This document shows positions 8,730 to 17,456 of a DNA stretch of 26,153 nt, piece by piece (within the stretch, counting starts at the first letter, position 1; each line of letters begins with the position of its first letter). The DNA is from a virus. Taxonomy: Duplodnaviria; Caudoviricetes. The stretch covers positions 1 through 26,153 of the IMG/VR virus record IMGVR_UViG_3300025313_000112. One strand, written 5' to 3'. Both the position numbers and the translations under genes were made by a program. The notes below the pieces were generated by a model, which ran no database searches, had not been told where the DNA came from, and saw only the letters and a program-made list of their open reading frames with translations.

Positions 8730-10976
8730 TTAGCGCCCCTCGAAGAATGACACGATTTCGTCGCGTACTTCTGTCGGCTTGTTCGATCGAATGTTCATCT
8801 GTGCCACCGACAGACTCTTTCGCTGGTCGTAAGTGACGTTGCTAGAGCGTGATGGTGCCGAGGCGAAGCCCATATCCCGCGAGCTGAGGGTCTTACCCAT
8901 TCGATCCATCACCCGATCAGTGTCCTTCAGCGAATCGGTGATCCCACGCAGACCCAACTCCAGCGGCGTCGGTGAGCCCGGTGTCAACCACTTCGGGAGT
9001 TTCAGTTTCTCGATCTTCTTCACCAACTCATCGATCCATTTGATCGCCTTCTGAATCCACGGGCCGAGCCGCGTGAACGCCCCCGTGATCGCTCCGATCA
9101 TCCCGGCCACCGGGGACAACGCCGGCGCGATGCGGTTCTCCCACAGATCCGCCAGGGCACCGAATACCGGCCCCAAGATCGGGCGGAGGAAGTTGACGAC
9201 GGCCATGATCGCCGGCAGGAGCACGTTCTGCCACAGACCCGCCGCCGCGGTCAGCGCCAAATTGAGGACTGTACCGATTAGGTTAGCGATGGACATAAAG
9301 AGGGGGATGACCGAAGTCTGAAGGAAGGTCCAGACCTGCATGATCGCTGGCAGGAGCACCGTGCTCCAGAAGTTCGCCAACGTCTGCACCGCTAGAGGGA
9401 TGTTTGTAGCCAGCCACGTCCACACGGTCTGCAAGGTCGGTTGTATGGCCGCCCACACGCCCAGCAGGAAGTCACGAATGCCGCCCCAGTTCTGCATCCA
9501 CGCCACGTATAGCAGTGCGATCGCTCCGGCGATCAGGATGATCGGGGCATTGATGATTGCCAGCACCGCACCCACCACCGCGCCGATCACCAGCAGGACG
9601 CCCAGGGCGATCGCAAATCCCGTCAGGAATTGCGAGATCGTCGGCCAGTTGGTCGATACCCAAGTCCCGAAGGTCTGCAAGGCCGGAATGAGGTTGTCCT
9701 GAATCCAGGTGACAACCTTCATAATCGAGAACACGGTTTCAGGCGAGAAGCCGATTGCACGGAACAGCTTCGGTAGGTTGCCCGTCGTTAGCGCATCCCT
9801 GATCCATCCGAGGCGTTCTATGAAACTCTTGGCAAAATCTCCGAGACGCCGGCCCCATTCCTCCAGGATGCCACTCTCCTTCAACTTCAAGAACTCATCG
9901 AGGATGTCGCCAAGAAAGCCAGTGATGACTTCGGCGGCTGGCCCGAGAATTTTAGGCATCGTCAGCATGAAGGCATCTTGGAAGGTGGACGTGAGGCCGA
10001 ACAATGACTTGGACATCCGTTCCGAGGCGCCGGCGAAGTTGGTATCCGCGTATTCCTTGAACGACTCGGTGAAGTCCTGCCACGTGAACTTGCCTGCCTT
10101 CAGCGCCGCGTTGAAGTCGTTATGATCCTCGATCGCCACACCGAACTTCTCGCCCATGAACCGCAAGACGCCTGTGAGGTCGAAACCAGCCAAGGCCAAC
10201 TGCCGTACGTCGATCGCCGTGACTCGGCCCTGGAGACGCACCTGCGAGAGGTTGTACGCCATCCGGTTCAGCATTTCGCTACTTGCCCCCGTCCCGGCGG
10301 CGACGTCCAGCAGGGCGGCCGTGAACACCTTCGCCTCTTCCGCCGGGAAGCCGAACGCCATCGCCTGACGGAAGTTAGTCATCACGTCCTGCATCCGGTA
10401 CGGCGACAGAATGGCGATCTTCTCCAACTCCGCCTGAAACGGGATCGCCGCGGCCTGGGCCTTCTCGAACGCTTCTCCGGCGGTCATGACCCCACGCGCC
10501 GCATTCGCCCAGGCCAGATCGCCGGCGCCCATGATGACATTCATATCCTTTGCGACCTGGTTCTGTATCCCCATCAATCTTGTTTGATAGGCACTGCCCT
10601 CCGCCGCGGCATTGATCGACTGCGTGAGGTTGTCGTATCGCACTCGGAGCGCCATCAACTGACTGGCCTCGTCCTTTTCGAGGCCGATCCGGTTGATCGC
10701 CAGATCGATCAGGTTCTCTTGACGGTTCTGCTGGAGGTATTCCCGAGCGAGGAGACTTTCGATCCCCATGCGCATCTGTTGCATCTGCGCCGTAGCACCG
10801 ATGCTTGCGCGCACGAAGGACGATACCCCATCGGCCAACTTGAAGAATAGTTGCGCGCCAACGATCCCGCCGACGACGGTGCCGATAGAGCCGAGGCCTC
10901 CATGCACGCCCTTCAGGACGGAGGAGGCCCCGCGGTCTTTCCCTTCGACAACGATATTCAGCGTGTATGTCGGCAC
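8730..10976 (-). CDS. Tail tape measure protein (748 aa)
   Basis: Tape-measure N-domain (A.LSPY...DV...LLDVAAGTG..RMAYNLSQV..GRV..DVRQL), periodic Trp/Phe amphipathic repeats and C-terminal P.WLTPGSP; follows the chaperones. Confidence 0.95.
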   Translation of the reverse strand: MPTYTLNIVVEGKDRGASSVLKGVHGGLGSIGTVVGGIVGAQLFFKLADGVSSFVRASIGATAQMQQMRMGIESLLAREYLQQNRQENLIDLAINRIGLEKDEASQLMALRVRYDNLTQSINAAAEGSAYQTRLMGIQNQVAKDMNVIMGAGDLAWANAARGVMTAGEAFEKAQAAAIPFQAELEKIAILSPYRMQDVMTNFRQAMAFGFPAEEAKVFTAALLDVAAGTGASSEMLNRMAYNLSQVRLQGRVTAIDVRQLALAGFDLTGVLRFMGEKFGVAIEDHNDFNAALKAGKFTWQDFTESFKEYADTNFAGASERMSKSLFGLTSTFQDAFMLTMPKILGPAAEVITGFLGDILDEFLKLKESGILEEWGRRLGDFAKSFIERLGWIRDALTTGNLPKLFRAIGFSPETVFSIMKVVTWIQDNLIPALQTFGTWVSTNWPTISQFLTGFAIALGVLLVIGAVVGAVLAIINAPIILIAGAIALLYVAWMQNWGGIRDFLLGVWAAIQPTLQTVWTWLATNIPLAVQTLANFWSTVLLPAIMQVWTFLQTSVIPLFMSIANLIGTVLNLALTAAAGLWQNVLLPAIMAVVNFLRPILGPVFGALADLWENRIAPALSPVAGMIGAITGAFTRLGPWIQKAIKWIDELVKKIEKLKLPKWLTPGSPTPLELGLRGITDSLKDTDRVMDRMGKTLSSRDMGFASAPSRSSNVTYDQRKSLSVAQMNIRSNKPTEVRDEIVSFFEGR

Positions 10977-10985
10977 AGACCTACC

Positions 10986-11222
10986 TCATCGGCGCCCTTG
11001 CCTTCCCGCTTTCCTGGCTTGGGCCTTGGCCTCTTTGCGTTGCACTTCGCCTTCGACTCTCTTGTACGTGCGCCACACCCACCACCACTTGCCTATCAAA
11101 TCCTCCTCGAGCACCCACGGAGGCACCCCAAACTCCTTTGCCATTTCCAAGATCAGAATGTCAAGCGACGGGGAGGCTTTCTCCCCACTCAACCACTTCC
11201 TGAGTTCCCGTCGCTCTTCACG
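10986..11222 (-). CDS. Tail assembly chaperone gpT segment (reached by -1 frameshift)
   Basis: The -1 frame is open from the slippery site: KREERRELRKWLSGEKA..MAKEFGVPPWVLEE..; lies between chaperone and TMP. Confidence 0.8.
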   Translation of the reverse strand, partial: REERRELRKWLSGEKASPSLDILILEMAKEFGVPPWVLEEDLIGKWWWVWRTYKRVEGEVQRKEAKAQARKAGRQGRR

Positions 11223-11536
11223 TTTGGGGTGGCCGCCGCTTGACCTGCGATCTTCGTGAACAGATCGAGCAACTGCTGGAGCGTGAAGTCCTCGATCATT
11301 GCCCTCGCCGTCGCCGCATCCGGCTTCACGACATGCGACACGAGGAAATCGACGGCCTTCTCCACTTCATCCGGACTCGCCAACACCGGCTCCATCAGCG
11401 CACGCTTGAACAAGATCACCTGCCGGTACTGGCTCAGGAACCTCTTGCCTGCGAGGTCCAATTCCCTGACCACGACATCGGCGGGGATCGAGCGTTCCGC
11501 CTGATCCTCCGTCGAGAGTTTGGGTTGTTCTGTCAC
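11189..11536 (-). CDS. Tail assembly chaperone gpG (115 aa)
   Basis: GTG 11536 with GGAGGAG RBS; between tail tube and TMP; ends ...ATPN-VKSDGNSGSG. Confidence 0.85.
   Translation of the reverse strand: MTEQPKLSTEDQAERSIPADVVVRELDLAGKRFLSQYRQVILFKRALMEPVLASPDEVEKAVDFLVSHVVKPDAATARAMIEDFTLQQLLDLFTKIAGQAAATPNVKSDGNSGSG
11222..11228 (-). promoter_or_regulatory. -1 programmed ribosomal frameshift heptamer C CCA AAC
   Basis: X XXY YYZ pattern in the correct phase (ACC CCA AAC); a -1 slip enters the 10986 ORF frame without a stop. Confidence 0.85.
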
Positions 11537-11562
11537 AGCGTTTTCTCCTCCTCCGATTAGGG

Positions 11563-12540
11563 TTACGGCAGAACCGCCACCTGATTGATCGAGTCGACCT
11601 TCAAGCTGTTCGCCAGGGTGTTGTGATATTGACCCTGGTATTCCAACTCCAGCGTCGCGATGCCTTCCTCGTCGGTCCACACTTCGGGCGCTTCTGGCGT
11701 GAACCCGGCGAAGTCAAATTGCAAATCCCGGTTGGCCGTATCCGAGAACTTCAACCTGATCTGTCGCTGGTGGAGCACCGACGCCAACAGGATTTCGTCA
11801 AGGTACGCCTTCACCGTGGCATTGAACTCCAGGGTCAGCTTCAGCTTGACGTCTTCCCACTTGGCGAACTCCTTGTACGACAGAGGCCGCAAAGACCCCA
11901 TATAGAACATCACGTCCCGCGGCGTCGAGATCGACAACTCGAAAGTGATGTGCGCCGCGGAAATCAACGTCGTTCCGATCGTGCCGGCCCAGGTATCGAT
12001 GTACAGGAAGTTGTGTTGCGCCAGGATCGGCGTGACCGTCCGATCCGACAACGCGGCCAGGGTGTCAACCTCCACTTGTTCTCCGACCAGCTTGGCCGAG
12101 TATTTCAGCGGCTCACCGACCTCGCCAGTGATCGTGAGTTCCTTCATCCCCCCGCCGGTCAAGCCGTAGACACCATCGACCGCCTCGCCATAGGCCAGTG
12201 TCATCTTTCGTGGGACAGGCTTCGTCGCCACCGGGATAGCGTACGCCCGCGTGTACGGCCCCGCGCCTCCCGGTGTCGCCTGCCCGAACAGACCATCGAG
12301 GAAGTACGGGAAGTCATCATACGTGCAGGCGCCTTCGATGTCGCACTCCCCCGACACCTTCGACAGATGCGCGAGGTATCCCGGAGCGAAGGGGGCCCTT
12401 CGCTCCGGGATCAGTTTCGATTCCACGTGGGGCGTATGCGAATAGGACTCCATCGCCATCAGTTTCACCGTCGGCGCGACCGGCGTACCCCACGTGACTT
12501 CCGTACCGATTTGTAGTTGGTGAAGATCAAGTTCGCTCAT
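11563..12540 (-). CDS. Major tail tube protein (325 aa)
   Basis: QIGTEVTWGTPVAPT N-terminus, Y.LTGG.M.ELTI.G and C-terminal L.VDSIN; precedes the chaperones. Confidence 0.9.
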   Translation of the reverse strand: MSELDLHQLQIGTEVTWGTPVAPTVKLMAMESYSHTPHVESKLIPERRAPFAPGYLAHLSKVSGECDIEGACTYDDFPYFLDGLFGQATPGGAGPYTRAYAIPVATKPVPRKMTLAYGEAVDGVYGLTGGGMKELTITGEVGEPLKYSAKLVGEQVEVDTLAALSDRTVTPILAQHNFLYIDTWAGTIGTTLISAAHITFELSISTPRDVMFYMGSLRPLSYKEFAKWEDVKLKLTLEFNATVKAYLDEILLASVLHQRQIRLKFSDTANRDLQFDFAGFTPEAPEVWTDEEGIATLELEYQGQYHNTLANSLKVDSINQVAVLP

Positions 12541-12737
12541 GCCTCACCGTCCTTTACGGTTGGTGCCGTCGGTTTCACGCCACCGATCGGCTCGTACAGG
12601 CCGCTTGCGAGACATTGCGCCTGTACGTCCTTTCCCAAGGCGTCCCACTCCGCCGCCGTCAAATCACGATCTGGCACGCCGGCGATGAACGCCCCCGATG
12701 ACTTGCCTCCATAACGCACTGCGGTTTTCTCAGCCAT
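12537..12737 (-). CDS. Small conserved-looking phage protein (66 aa, GVPDRDL motif)
   Basis: ATG 12737 with GGAGG RBS; overlaps both neighbours; FIAGVPDRDLT...GLYE. Confidence 0.75.
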   Translation of the reverse strand: MAEKTAVRYGGKSSGAFIAGVPDRDLTAAEWDALGKDVQAQCLASGLYEPIGGVKPTAPTVKDGEA

Positions 12738-13200
12738 CGAACGCCTCCGCTTGCAGGATGATCCGTTCCATCGTCCACGGCTTGCCGCCGATCGCCACAG
12801 CGAACACTTCGCTCTGGCCGTTGTGCTCCAGGTACGCATACACCCCGGTCATCGCCCTGTTGTCCGCCACCCAATCCGCGATCTCCTTCTCGATCTCGTC
12901 CAAGCGATCTTCGACTGCCTGATCGGTCCATGTTGGCGTCTGCAAGGTTTCTGCATCCGCCACGAACACCAGCACTTCGAGGTAGACCTGACTGCGGTAC
13001 TTCTGCGTCCCCTGGCCCCACTGCATCCGGTCCATTCCGCGGCTCATCACCAGGACCACCGGCGACTCGCCCTTGATGTCGCCCTTGTGGTAGCCGTAGA
13101 CCGCTGTGACTATTCCGGTCCCTCCGGCCACCAGCGCAGTATTCAGTCCCGCCGCGACCGCATCCCTGACCGCCTGCCGGTTCTTGGCGTTGGCAGGCAC
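12730..13200 (-). CDS. Putative tail terminator/completion protein (156 aa)
   Basis: Synteny; R..VRDAV...P.V.V....D.LD.IE.EI pattern. Confidence 0.7.
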   Translation of the reverse strand: MPANAKNRQAVRDAVAAGLNTALVAGGTGIVTAVYGYHKGDIKGESPVVLVMSRGMDRMQWGQGTQKYRSQVYLEVLVFVADAETLQTPTWTDQAVEDRLDEIEKEIADWVADNRAMTGVYAYLEHNGQSEVFAVAIGGKPWTMERIILQAEAFDG

Positions 13201-13596
13201 TCACATCCTCGCCGTGATGTAGAGAGCCGCACGGCCACCGATCTGCCCGCCGTGCTCCTCATAGGTCCGCTGGTAGAAAGCGTGCGACCCGCCCCGGCCA
13301 TGCTCCGTAACCCCATAGGTCGCCGGCTTGGCGCCCAGGGGGTTCACAGATCCCGGATCGATGTAAATCTCTCCCCGCGCCGACACGCTATCGAAGTTGA
13401 ACCGCATCCGATGGGAGGCCCGCAGTGCGCCGGTCTGGACGTGCGTGATATAGGTGGCGTAGCGGTGCAACTGCGTCGTGGCCCACACCACCGCCTGACC
13501 GAATGCGCCCTGCGGATCGAGAGCCGCGACCGCCCGCAACATGGCGGCCTGCGCTTCCTGAATGCCTCTGATGCCGATCTTGAGTCCGAGGCCCAT
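13201..13596 (-). CDS. HK97 gp10-like neck/tail-completion protein (131 aa)
   Basis: I.GI.E start, THVQTGALRASH (P-V-x-T-G-x-L-R-x-S type), YG..EH and HAFY motifs. Confidence 0.8.
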   Translation of the reverse strand: MGLGLKIGIRGIQEAQAAMLRAVAALDPQGAFGQAVVWATTQLHRYATYITHVQTGALRASHRMRFNFDSVSARGEIYIDPGSVNPLGAKPATYGVTEHGRGGSHAFYQRTYEEHGGQIGGRAALYITARM

Positions 13597-13695
13597 CTAC
13601 CCGCCTCCAACTAGGCCGATCGCCACGACCACGCACACCATCGCCCACAGCACCATCGCACAGCCGCACGCCATCCACTTCACCAGCCGTTTCAT
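13597..13695 (-). CDS. 32-aa hydrophobic micropeptide MKRLVKWMACGCAMVLWAMVCVVVAIGLVGGG
   Basis: Hand translation; ATGA overlap with the upstream stop; TAG abuts the next ATG; GGAGG RBS. Confidence 0.7.
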   Translation of the reverse strand: MKRLVKWMACGCAMVLWAMVCVVVAIGLVGGG

Positions 13696-14030
13696 ATTCG
13701 CAGGTCCTCCACGATCAGGTGACGGTACGCCCATGTTCGCCAAGCCCAATCCGCCGCCGATCGCACCGGGTATTCCTTCCCGGCCACCACCAACAGGTCA
13801 CCCTCTTTCACGTCAAGACTGCCGTCGATGAAAGTCTGAAGGACCTCATGCGGCGTGTCGATCTGCAACCGCTGGCGCAATTCTGGATCGACTGGATCGA
13901 GCGGCGTGCATTTCAGGCTGACGATCTTCGTCACCGCCGAGCCGCGCTTGCCACTGACGATTTCCGGCAACCGCTTCGTGCTGGCCGTCACCGTCGCCTG
14001 TCGCCGGAAGGATGGACTGGTCGGGATCAC
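13692..14030 (-). CDS. Putative head-closure/stopper protein (112 aa)
   Basis: DVKEGDLLVV.GKEY.V motif; synteny. Confidence 0.75.
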   Translation of the reverse strand: MIPTSPSFRRQATVTASTKRLPEIVSGKRGSAVTKIVSLKCTPLDPVDPELRQRLQIDTPHEVLQTFIDGSLDVKEGDLLVVAGKEYPVRSAADWAWRTWAYRHLIVEDLRI

Positions 14031-14455
14031 GGTCGGATGTACTTGAAGTCGCCAGCGGAATAATCGGAACCCGTTTGCTCGACTTGATCCGCCGGTTTGT
14101 CGTCCGAGTAGCCATCCACTCGGATCAAGCCCACACTGATTACGCCCTCCGATCCGCCACCGTACTTGTCCCGCATTTCGACGGCCTGTTCTCTGAACGC
14201 CTTAGCCGCTTGTGAGAGGCTTTCCCTGCGCGGCCCAATAGCGATGTCCACCAGCACCGAGTAGCGCGTCGCAAGGTTTTCACACGTCAACGCCGCAGCC
14301 CTGCCGGGATCATTGTCCTCTTGCGACAGAAAGAACCCGATCTGATCGTCCGAGAAGTTGGCCCCATCCGGCAACGGGCCTTTGCCCTCCTGGTCATCAC
14401 CGACCAGGATGCGGACTTGCCCGATCGAGGTACCGAGGTTGACGGTGAACGACAC
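14027..14455 (-). CDS. Putative head-tail adaptor (142 aa)
   Basis: VRILVGD....FSDDQI.FFL...AAA..CE.LA pattern; synteny. Confidence 0.75.
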   Translation of the reverse strand: MSFTVNLGTSIGQVRILVGDDQEGKGPLPDGANFSDDQIGFFLSQEDNDPGRAAALTCENLATRYSVLVDIAIGPRRESLSQAAKAFREQAVEMRDKYGGGSEGVISVGLIRVDGYSDDKPADQVEQTGSDYSAGDFKYIRP

Positions 14456-14457
14456 GC

Positions 14458-14913
14458 CTAGCCCGCCTTCGCCTTGACCTCAGCGATCGCCTTCTGGAGA
14501 TCATCGAGCGTCACATCTTTGCCGAACCGCAGACCAAGCGACTTCGCTTCAGCCTTGGCCGCCTCGAACGTCGCCGCGGTCTGCTCCATCTTGGCCTCTG
14601 CCTCGGCTCCGGCAGCACGCTCCGCCTTGGCCACGTCGATCATGCCCTGGAGGTCGTCGCGGGTGATCCCCTTCGGGACCTTGATCCCAAGATGCTCCGC
14701 TTCCGATTTCAGGCTGGCAAACGACCCGGGAGCGGAGCCCCCGCCAGTTGGGACAACTACCGCTTTCCCCTCGTGCCCAGGGATGAACACCTGACCGCCG
14801 CGGGCGGCGTCGATGTTCAACGCCATCCCTTCCAGACCACCACCCGGCAAGGGCTCGCCGCAATGGGCACATGTGTTCGGAGAGTTCAGATCGACCTTCA
14901 CGTAATCTGCCAT
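14458..14913 (-). CDS. Hypothetical protein with CxxC and two HeH/Rho-N-like repeats (151 aa)
   Basis: GGGAGG RBS; CAHC; LKSEAEHLGIKVPKGITRDDL and AKAEAKSLGLRFGKDVTLDDL. Confidence 0.75.
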   Translation of the reverse strand: MADYVKVDLNSPNTCAHCGEPLPGGGLEGMALNIDAARGGQVFIPGHEGKAVVVPTGGGSAPGSFASLKSEAEHLGIKVPKGITRDDLQGMIDVAKAERAAGAEAEAKMEQTAATFEAAKAEAKSLGLRFGKDVTLDDLQKAIAEVKAKAG

Positions 14914-14936
14914 TTTCGGCCTCCCTTGGCCTCAGT

Positions 14937-14978
14937 CAATGAGGCGCAGGGCGTGCTTTGACGCCCTGCGCCTCATTG
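14937..14978. terminator. Perfect 18-bp inverted repeat after the major capsid gene (terminator/stabiliser hairpin)
   Basis: caatgaggcgcagggcgt-gctttg-acgccctgcgcctcattg; no U-tract on the minus strand. Confidence 0.65.
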
Positions 14979-15006
14979 CGGTTTCTCTCCGACTCCGACG
15001 ACCCCT

Positions 15007-16104
15007 CTAGGAGATTGTCGGGGTGATGTAGTCACCGGCGGCAGCGATGAGGGTAAAGACACCGTTCGTCCGGTCCTCACCGATCCCGACGCCGAACTCG
15101 GAGTAGCCGACGGCCATCGTCTGCGGCGCGGCAATCCAGTTGCCCGGAACCAACTGCCAGCCGAAGCCGACCCGCCGATTGATCCGCAGGCGCAGGGGTG
15201 CACGACGATCCTGCGGCCCGTACGCCTTGAAGATCGCAAAGTAGTTCGTCGGCAACCGCGGCGTGAGCCACACGCGCACGATGCCATAGGCTGTTTCGAG
15301 ATAGCCGAAGTAATCCGTGATCCCGCCCAGCGCGGCACGCTCCGAAGCGGAGGCGTGATAGACGATCCCGGCCCACTCCGGCGACTTCCATCCGGTGATC
15401 GCCCGGATCGTGGTCGCATCGGCTCGCGAGGCGACCATATCGAAAGGCGACTGATGCCCATGCTCCTGCAGGTGCTCGACCGCCGTCGCCACTGCCGCGG
15501 CGTCATACGGCGTAAGCCGCAGGTAGTGATCGTGCGAGGAGAGGAACGCTTCCCCCTCTGTGCTGTCAAGCGGCACATAGTTCGCATCGGCCACCGCGCC
15601 ATCTGCGAACGGCACCGAGGCCCCGGCGGTCGCTCCGACGATCTCCGCTTCCATCTTGAAGAAGCGGGTGAGGACCTTCTGCTGGTAGTGCGACCGGGCA
15701 TCGGTGAACATCGAGCGCACGTCGGCCGACAACTTGTTCCGGCGAGCATTCCGCAGGTACATCATCGTCCAGCCAAGCGCACGGTCGTACGGCCGGATCG
15801 GGATGTTGTGGCCGGTCGTCGCACCACGCTTCGGCGTCGGCGTGCCATACTCCGTCGCCTCATCCACCCCGTTCGCCACACCCACGGGATATTCCACTTC
15901 CACGTTGTCCTGAACGGCGACGAGATCGCCGTAGTGCGGGGCCGTGAGGAGTTCCCCATTCAGCATCGACAACGCGGCCTGCACGTCACGGATCATTGCA
16001 TCGAAGGTCGTCCCATCCGCAAGTTCGACCTTTTTCATTTCGGCCAAATCCCACAACGCAGGGAGGCCGAGGCTTTGGAGGTCACTCGGACCAAGGAGAG
16101 CCAT
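15007..16104 (-). CDS. Major capsid protein (365 aa)
   Basis: Size and position after scaffold and decoration genes; AGGGAGG RBS; HK97-fold-like ATEYG.P and FGVG...R..GV features; strong hairpin downstream. Confidence 0.88.
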   Translation of the reverse strand: MALLGPSDLQSLGLPALWDLAEMKKVELADGTTFDAMIRDVQAALSMLNGELLTAPHYGDLVAVQDNVEVEYPVGVANGVDEATEYGTPTPKRGATTGHNIPIRPYDRALGWTMMYLRNARRNKLSADVRSMFTDARSHYQQKVLTRFFKMEAEIVGATAGASVPFADGAVADANYVPLDSTEGEAFLSSHDHYLRLTPYDAAAVATAVEHLQEHGHQSPFDMVASRADATTIRAITGWKSPEWAGIVYHASASERAALGGITDYFGYLETAYGIVRVWLTPRLPTNYFAIFKAYGPQDRRAPLRLRINRRVGFGWQLVPGNWIAAPQTMAVGYSEFGVGIGEDRTNGVFTLIAAAGDYITPTIS

Positions 16105-16118
16105 CGTCTATATCCTCC

Positions 16119-16520
16119 CTACGCCTCTTCGTCGCCGGGCCGGAGCCACAGGACGGTTGCGGAAAGCGGCTTCCCCATCTTGTGCGACACCGTGCCAGCC
16201 GCATCACCCAACTTCGCGGCCGTGTCGCTTTGGTAGAGGATGTCGCCCGGTGTCATGCCGGAGAACCCTGTGATCTTGCCGTCCATCACGACATCGAGCG
16301 AGTCGTTCAGGACGAATGTGGTCTTTCCGCCAGGGGCGGAAGCGGCCACTCCGATCGCATGAGCTGTCCCGGCTACGCTCGCGTCCGCCACCTGCACCTT
16401 GCCGGCGGAATCGACGTACACCGTATCACCGACGGAACCCGATCCGCCGGCCATGAACCGTTCAGTGCGTGCTCCGGGGAGGGGCTTGACGAGGGATGGC
16501 GTAACTGCGATGTCTGCCAT
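16119..16520 (-). CDS. Capsid decoration/cement protein (133 aa)
   Basis: GDTVY...ADA...AIGVA...G.I.G..PG..LY.S..G...G pattern; between scaffold and MCP. Confidence 0.75.
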   Translation of the reverse strand: MADIAVTPSLVKPLPGARTERFMAGGSGSVGDTVYVDSAGKVQVADASVAGTAHAIGVAASAPGGKTTFVLNDSLDVVMDGKITGFSGMTPGDILYQSDTAAKLGDAAGTVSHKMGKPLSATVLWLRPGDEEA

Positions 16521-16547
16521 TTCTCACTATCCTTCCCCATCACCAGC

Positions 16548-17249
16548 CTACTTTGAGGGCTGGTGATCTAGGCCGAACTCGGAAGCGATGCGCGTCTTCT
16601 CGGCTTCTTGCTGTTCTTTCGTAGGGCGCTTGTCGCCGTCCAGGTCCGGCTTATCGACTGTCTTCGCCAACAGGTACGGTTTCTCCGTACCAAGTTTCTT
16701 TAGGGCCGTCTCGATCGCCTTGCCATCCACTTCATCCTTCTCTGCATCATAGGGCAGGGCGTCGTGACTGATAAACCGTTCTGCATCCGCCGGATCAGCG
16801 AACCCTTGCTTTGTGGCCGCCAGCCGCACGGCGCTACTGATCGTTGCACGCTTGACCTTGGCCGCATCCTGCAACCGAGCCGCCTTCAACTCGTCATTCT
16901 CGACCTTCAGGCGTTCGGCCTCAGTCAGTTCTTCCTTCTTGCGCTTCGCGTCGGCCTCATCACGTTTCTTCAACTCCGCCTTGCGTTGCGCGCTTTCGTG
17001 CGACACACGGCTTGTTTCCACTTGCTCGGCCAGCAGTTTGTCCGCCAACTCCTCCGGCTTCAACTTCAACAGTTCGGCTCGGGCCTTTTCCGCCGCCGTC
17101 GGATCGGGCGTGTGTTCGCCCGCACCGCCGCCGTCCGCGCCACCGGCGCCAGCACCTTGCGACGTACTGTCGCTACTTCCGCCTGTCCCTGCGCCGCCTC
17201 CCGCTCCAGCCTCGAACAAGAAGCGTGGCCCGAACATGCTATGGAACAT
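16548..17249 (-). CDS. Capsid scaffolding protein (233 aa)
   Basis: Gly-rich N-terminus, charged coiled coil, ELTEAERLK, GFADP.DA and KPYL motifs; AAGGGG RBS. Confidence 0.85.
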   Translation of the reverse strand: MFHSMFGPRFLFEAGAGGGAGTGGSSDSTSQGAGAGGADGGGAGEHTPDPTAAEKARAELLKLKPEELADKLLAEQVETSRVSHESAQRKAELKKRDEADAKRKKEELTEAERLKVENDELKAARLQDAAKVKRATISSAVRLAATKQGFADPADAERFISHDALPYDAEKDEVDGKAIETALKKLGTEKPYLLAKTVDKPDLDGDKRPTKEQQEAEKTRIASEFGLDHQPSK

Positions 17250-17299
17250 ACTGTCCCCTTCCCTTTGGCCTACTGGCCTGCATCCGGTTTGCTAGGACA

Positions 17300-17328
17300 A
17301 TCCTACATAGGAACATGGAAAAACGCAA
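17300..17328 (-). promoter_or_regulatory. Sigma70-type promoter for scaffold/capsid genes
   Basis: TTGCGT-17 nt-TAGGAT, ~50 nt upstream of the scaffold ATG in the only sizeable gap of the head module. Confidence 0.6.
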
Positions 17329-17456
17329 CCCCCCACCCATGGCTACCTGGGGTAGAATGACGCCGATCGCGCGGGACAGTCGGAGTGTCGTAGCTGGCCG
17401 GCTCGACACTCACGACGGAAGGGAACGGCAGTCTCACAAGGACTGCCGTTCGTCGT

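Noticed and set aside
6741-12540. Contractile tail / tailocin / eCIS
   Set aside because: No sheath or baseplate wedge genes; a full head and packaging module is present.
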